Below, in pieces: positions 58,501-64,000 of a DNA stretch of 64,000 nt (the first letter of the stretch is position 1; each line of letters starts with the position of its first letter). The position numbers and the translations under genes were made by a program. The notes below the pieces were generated by a model. That model was not told the origin of the DNA and did not search any database. It saw only the letters and a program-made list of their open reading frames with translations. The DNA is from Eledone cirrhosa. Lineage: Eukaryota. The stretch is taken from assembly GCA_964016885.1 (NCBI GenBank), contig OZ024741.1, positions 32,364,001 through 32,428,000 on the forward strand, read 5' to 3'.

Positions 58501-61460
58501 AATATTTGTATTTATTCCATATGTAATAAGCCTACATTTCGCAGTTGTTATACAGCATGGCTGTATAATATTTGTATTTATTCAAGATGTAATAAGCCTA
58601 CATATCTCAATTGTCATACAACATGGCTGTATAATATTTGTATTTATTCCAGATGTAATAAGCCTACATATCTCAGTTGTTATACAACATGTCTGTATAA
58701 TATTTGTATTTATTCCAGATGTAATAAGCCTACATATCTCAGTTGTTATACAAGTTGGCTGTATAATATTTGTATTTATTCCAGATGTAATATGCCTACA
58801 TATCTCAGTTGTTATACAACATGGCTGTATAATATTTGTATTTATTCCAGATGTAATAAATCTACATATCTCAGTTGTTATACAACATGTCTGTATAATA
58901 TTTGTATTTATTCCAGATGTAATAAGCCTACATATCTCAGTTGTTATACAACATGGCTGTATAATATTTGTATTTATTCCAGATGTAATAAGCCTACATA
59001 TCTCAGATGTTATACAACATGGCTGTATACTATTTGTATTTATTCCAGATGTAATAAGCCTACATATCTCAGATATTATACAACATGGCTGTATAATATT
59101 TGTATTTATTCCAGATGTAATATGCCTACATATCTCAGTTGTTATACAACATGGCTGTATAATATTTGTACTTATTGCAGATGTAATAAGCCTACATATC
59201 TCAGATGTTATACAACATGGCTGTATACTATTTGTATTTATTCCAGATGTAATAAGCCTACATATCTCAGATGTTATACAACATGGCTGTATAATATTTG
59301 TATTTATTCCAGATGTAATATGCCTACATATCTCAGTTGTTATACAACATGGCTGTATAATATTTGTATTTATTCCAGATGTAATAAATCTACATATCTC
59401 AGTTGTTATACAACATGTCTGTATAATATTTGTATTTATTCCAGATGTAATAAGCCTACATATCTCAGTTGTTATACAACATGGCTGTATAATATTTGTA
59501 TTTATTCCAGATGTAATAAGCCTACATTTCGCAGTTGTTATACAGCATGGCTGTATAATATTTGTATTTATTCCAGATGTAATAAGCCTACATATCTCAG
59601 ATGTTATACAACATGGCTGTATAATATTTGTATTTATTCCATATGTAATAAGCCTACATTTCGCAGTTGTTATACAGCATGGCTGTATAATATTTGTATT
59701 TATTCAAGATGTAATAAGCCTACATATCTCAATTGTCATACAACATGGCTGTATAATATTTGTATTTATTCCAGATGTAATAAGCCTACATATCTCAGTT
59801 GTTATACAACATGTCTGTATAATATTTGTATTTATTCCAGATGTAATAAGCCTACATATCTCAGTTGTTATACAAGTTGGCTGTATAATATTTGTATTTA
59901 TTCCAGATGTAATATGCCTACATATCTCAGTTGTTATACAACATGGCTGTATAATATTTGTATTTATTCCAGATGTAATAAATCTACATATCTCAGTTGT
60001 TATACAACATGTCTGTATAATATTTGTATTTATTCCAGATGTAATAAGCCTACATATCTCAGTTGTTATACAACATGGCTGTATAATATTTGTATTTATT
60101 CCAGATGTAATATGCCTACATATCTCAGTTGTTATACAACATGGCTGTATAATATTTGTATTTATTCCAGATGTAATAAGCCTACATATCTCAGTTGTTA
60201 TACAACATGGCTGTATAATATTTGTATTTATTCCAGATGTAATAAGCCTACATATCTCAGATGTTATACAACATGGCTGTATACTATTTGTATTTATTCC
60301 AGATGTAATAAGCCTACATATCTCAGATATTATACAACATGGCTGTATAATATTTGTATTTATTCCAGATGTAATATGCCTACATATCTCAGTTGTTATA
60401 CAACATGGCTGTATAATATTTGTATTTATTCCAGATGTAATAAATCTACATATCTCAGTTGTTATACAACATGTCTGTATAATATTTGTATTTATTCCAG
60501 ATGTAATAAGCCTACATATCTCAGTTGTTATACAACATGGCTGTATAATATTTGTATTTATTCCAGATGTAATATGCCTACATATCTCAGTTGTTATACA
60601 ACATGGCTGTATAATATTTGTATTTATTCCAGATGTAATAAGCCTACATATCTCAGTTGTTATACAACATGGCTGTATAATATTTGTATTTATTCTAGAT
60701 GTAATAAGCCTACATATCTCAGATGTTATACAACATGGCTGTATAATATTTGTATTTATTCCAGATGTAATAAGCTTACATTTCGCAGTTGTTATACAGC
60801 ATGGCTGTATACTATTTGTATTTATTCCAGATGTAATAAGCCTACATATCTCAGATGTTATACAACATGGCTGTATAATATTTGTATTTATTCCAGATGT
60901 AATAAGCCTACATTTCGCAGTTGTTATACAGCATGGCTGTATAATATTTGCATTTATTCAAGATGTAATAAGCCTACATATCTCAATTGTCATACAACAT
61001 GGCTGTATAATATTTGTATTTATTCCAGATGTAATAAGCCTACATATCTCAGATGTTATACAACATGGCTGTATACTATTTGTATTTATTCCAGATGTAA
61101 TAAGCCTACATATCTCAGATGTTATACAACATGGCTGTATAATATTTGTATTTATTCTAGATGTAATAAGCCTACATATCTCAGATGTTATACAACATGG
61201 CTGTATCATATTTGTATTTATTCTAGATGTAATAAGCCTACATATCTCAGTTGTTATACAACATGGCTGTATACTATTTGTATTTATTGCAGATGTAATA
61301 AGCCTACATATCTCAGTTGTTATACAACATGGCTGTATAATATTTGTATTTATTCCAGATGTAATAAGCCTACATATCTCAGTTGTTATACAACATGGCT
61401 GTATAATATTTGTATTTATTCCAGATGTAATAAGCCTACATATCTCAGTTTTTATACAAC
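55250..61460. repeat. 3630-bp-offset (55-monomer) duplication containing an internal 1254-bp (19-monomer) repeat
   Basis: The AGATATTAT marker lies at ~55441, 56695, 59071 and 60325. TAAGCTTACATTTCG lies at 57141/60771. ORF coordinates 57328/60958 differ by 3630. Confidence 0.88.
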
Positions 61461-64000
61461 ATGGCTGTATAATATTTGTAATTATTGCAGATGTAATAAG
61501 CCTACATATCTCAGTTGTTATACAACATGGCTGTATAATATTTGTATTTATTGCAGATGTAATAAGCCTACATATCTCAGTTGTTATACAACATGGCTGT
61601 ATAATATTTGTATTTATTCCAGATGTAATAAGCCTACATATCTCAGATGTTATACAACATGGCTGTATACTATTTGTATTTATTCCAGATGTAATAAGCC
61701 TACATATCTCAGATGTTATACAACATGGCTGTATAATATTTGTATTTATTCCAGATGTAATAAGCCTACATATCTCAGATGTTATACAACATGGCTGTAT
61801 CATATTTGTTTTTATTCCAGATATAATAAGCCTACATATCTCAGATGTTATACAACATGGCTGTATACTATCTGTATTTATTCCAGATGTAATAAGCCGA
61901 CATATCTCAGATGTTATACAACATGGCTGTATAATATTTGTATTTATTCCATATGTAATAAGCCTACATTTCGAAGTTGTTATACAGCATGGCTGTATAA
62001 TATTTGTATTTATTCCAGATGTAATAAGCCTACATATCTCAGATGTTATACAACATGGCTGTATAATATTTGTATTTATTCCAGATGTAATAAGCCTACA
62101 TTTCGCAGTTGTTATACAGCATGGCTGTATAATATTTGCATTTATTCAAGATGTAATAAGCCTACATATCTCAATTGTCATACAACATGGCTGTATAATA
62201 TTTGTATTTATTCCAGATGTAATAAGCCTACATATCTCAGATGTTATACAACATGGATGTATACTATTTGTATTTATTCCAGATGTAATAAGCCTACATA
62301 TCTCAGATGTTATACAACATGGCTGTATAATATTTGTATTTATTCCAGATGTAATAAGCCTACATATCTCAGATGTTATACAACATGGCTGTATCATATT
62401 TGAATTTATTCCAGATGTAATAAGCCTACATATCTCAGATGTTATACAACATGGCTGTATAATATTTGTATTTATTCTATATGTAATAAGCCTACATTTC
62501 GAAGTTGTTATACAGCATGGCTGTATAATATTTGTATTTATTCCAGATGTAATAAGCCTACATATCTCAGATGTTATACAACATGGCTGTATAATATTTG
62601 TATTTATTCCAGATGTAATAAGCCTACATTTAGCAGTTGTTATACAGCATGGCTGTATAATATTTGCATTTATTCAAGATGTAATAAGCCTACATATCTC
62701 AATTGTCATACAACATGGCTGTATAATATTTGTATTTATTCCAGATGTAATAAGCCTACATATCTCAGTTGTTATACAACATGGCTGTATCATATTTGAA
62801 TTTATTCCAGATGTAATAAGCCTACATATCTCAGTTGTTATACAACATGGCTGTATAATATTTGTATTTATTGCAGATGTAATAAGCCTACATATCTCAG
62901 TTGTTATACAACATGGCTGTATAATATTTGTATTTATTCCAGATGTAATACGCCTACATATCTCAGTTGTTATACAACATGGCTGTATAATATTTGTATT
63001 TATTCCAGATGTAATATGCCTACATATCTCAGTTGTTATACAACATGGCTGTATAATATTAGTATTTATTCCAGATGTAATAAACCTACATATCTCAGTT
63101 GTTATACAACATGTCTGTATAATATCTGTATTTATTCCAGATGTAATAAGCCTACATATCTCAGTTGTTATACAACATGGCTGTATAATATTTGTATTTA
63201 TTCCAGATGTAATATGCCTACATATCTCAGTTGTTATACAACATGGCTGTATAATATTTGTATTTATTCCAGATGTAATAAGCCTACATATCTCAGTTGT
63301 TATGCAACATGGCTGTATAATATTTGTATTTATTCCAGATGTAATAAGCCTACATATCTCAGATGTTATACAACATGGCTGTATAATATTTGTATTTATT
63401 CCAGATGTAATAAGCCTACATTTCGCAGTTGTTATACAGCATGGCTGTATAATATTTGTATTTATTCCAGATGTAATAAGCCTACATATCTCAGATGTTA
63501 TACAACATGGCTGTATAATATTTGTATTTATTCCATATGTAATAAGCCTACATTTCGCAGTTGTTATACAGCATGGCTGTATAATATTTGTATTTATTCA
63601 AGATGAAATAAGCCTACATATCTCAATTGTCATACAACATGGCTGTATAATATTTGTATTTATTCCAGATGTAATAAGCCTACATATCTCAGTTGTTATA
63701 CAACATGTCTGTATAATATTTGTATTTATTCCAGATGTAATAAGCCTACATATCTCAGTTGTTATACAACTTGGCTGTATAATATTTGTATTTATTCCAG
63801 ATGTAATATGCCTACATATCTCAGTTGTTATACAACATGGCTGTATAATATTTGTATTTATTCCAGATGTAATAAACCTACATATCTCAGTTGTTATACA
63901 ACATGTCTGTATAATATCTGTATTTATTCCAGATGTAATAAGCCTACATATCTCAGATGTTATACAACATGGCTGTATAATATTTGTATTTATTCCAGAT

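Larger units (their letters stand above)
46430..62770. repeat. Dispersed, slightly more diverged duplication ~46430-48650 vs ~60550-62770 (offset 14122 bp)
   Basis: ORFs 46836/60958 and 48024/62146 are offset by 14122. Shared variants TATCATATTTGTTTTT and AAGCCGACAT. Several private differences in the first copy (ATGCTATA, GTTACACA, AAGTCTAC). Confidence 0.85.
1..64000. repeat. 66-bp tandem satellite array, 969 full monomers + 36 bp, single orientation, truncated by both window edges
   Basis: The consensus recurs every 66 bp from position 1 to the end, typically with 0-4 substitutions per copy. Phase check: 64000 - 10 (net indels) - 36 (partial last unit) = 63954 = 969 x 66. Confidence 0.99.

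Noticed and set aside
54520-62403. Cys-rich ORFs (YNICIYSRCNKPTYLSCYTTWL)n resembling the C-x4-C-x-K start of C2H2 zinc fingers
   Set aside because: The His pair and linker are missing and the period is 22 aa rather than ~28. This frame is repeatedly broken by amplified stop variants elsewhere in the array.
1-64000. CRISPR array
   Set aside because: There are no unique spacers. All 66 bp of each unit repeat, and there are no cas genes or leader.
1-64000. Rolling-circle or sequencing concatemer artefact of one small circle
   Set aside because: Variants are linked and recur in hierarchical blocks at several different offsets with almost no indels. That fits evolved duplication, not random error on one template. 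Individual block copy numbers could still be misassembled.
1-64000. Embedded transposon, tRNA/rRNA/ncRNA gene, inversion or telomeric repeat
   Set aside because: Monomer phase is accounted for across the whole window. I saw no non-repeat or reverse-orientation sequence, and the monomer does not resemble a structural RNA I recognise.

Overview
The whole 64,000-bp window is one uninterrupted, head-to-tail tandem array (satellite or large minisatellite) of a 66-bp AT-rich monomer. The consensus is CAACATGGCTGTATAATATTTGTATTTATTCCAGATGTAATAAGCCTACATATCTCAGTTGTTATA (19/66 G+C). All copies are in one orientation and I see no unique DNA, spacers or inserted elements. I found 16 single-base indels by eye (net +10 bp), which makes the window exactly 969 monomers plus 36 bp, so the inventory is self-consistent. 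The array runs off both edges. Every ORF in the track is a translation of this monomer: 66 is a multiple of 3 and three of the six frames lack a stop. I do not call any gene. The real structure lies in the point variants: linked multi-monomer cassettes, an older ~14-21-monomer periodicity, nested kb-scale duplications, region-specific variants, and several variants that perfect the monomer's internal quasi-palindromes. I cannot assign the satellite to a named family or organism. A eukaryotic origin is an inference from array size. I found no convincing new protein-coding or defence system. Duplication boundaries were read by eye and are approximate.
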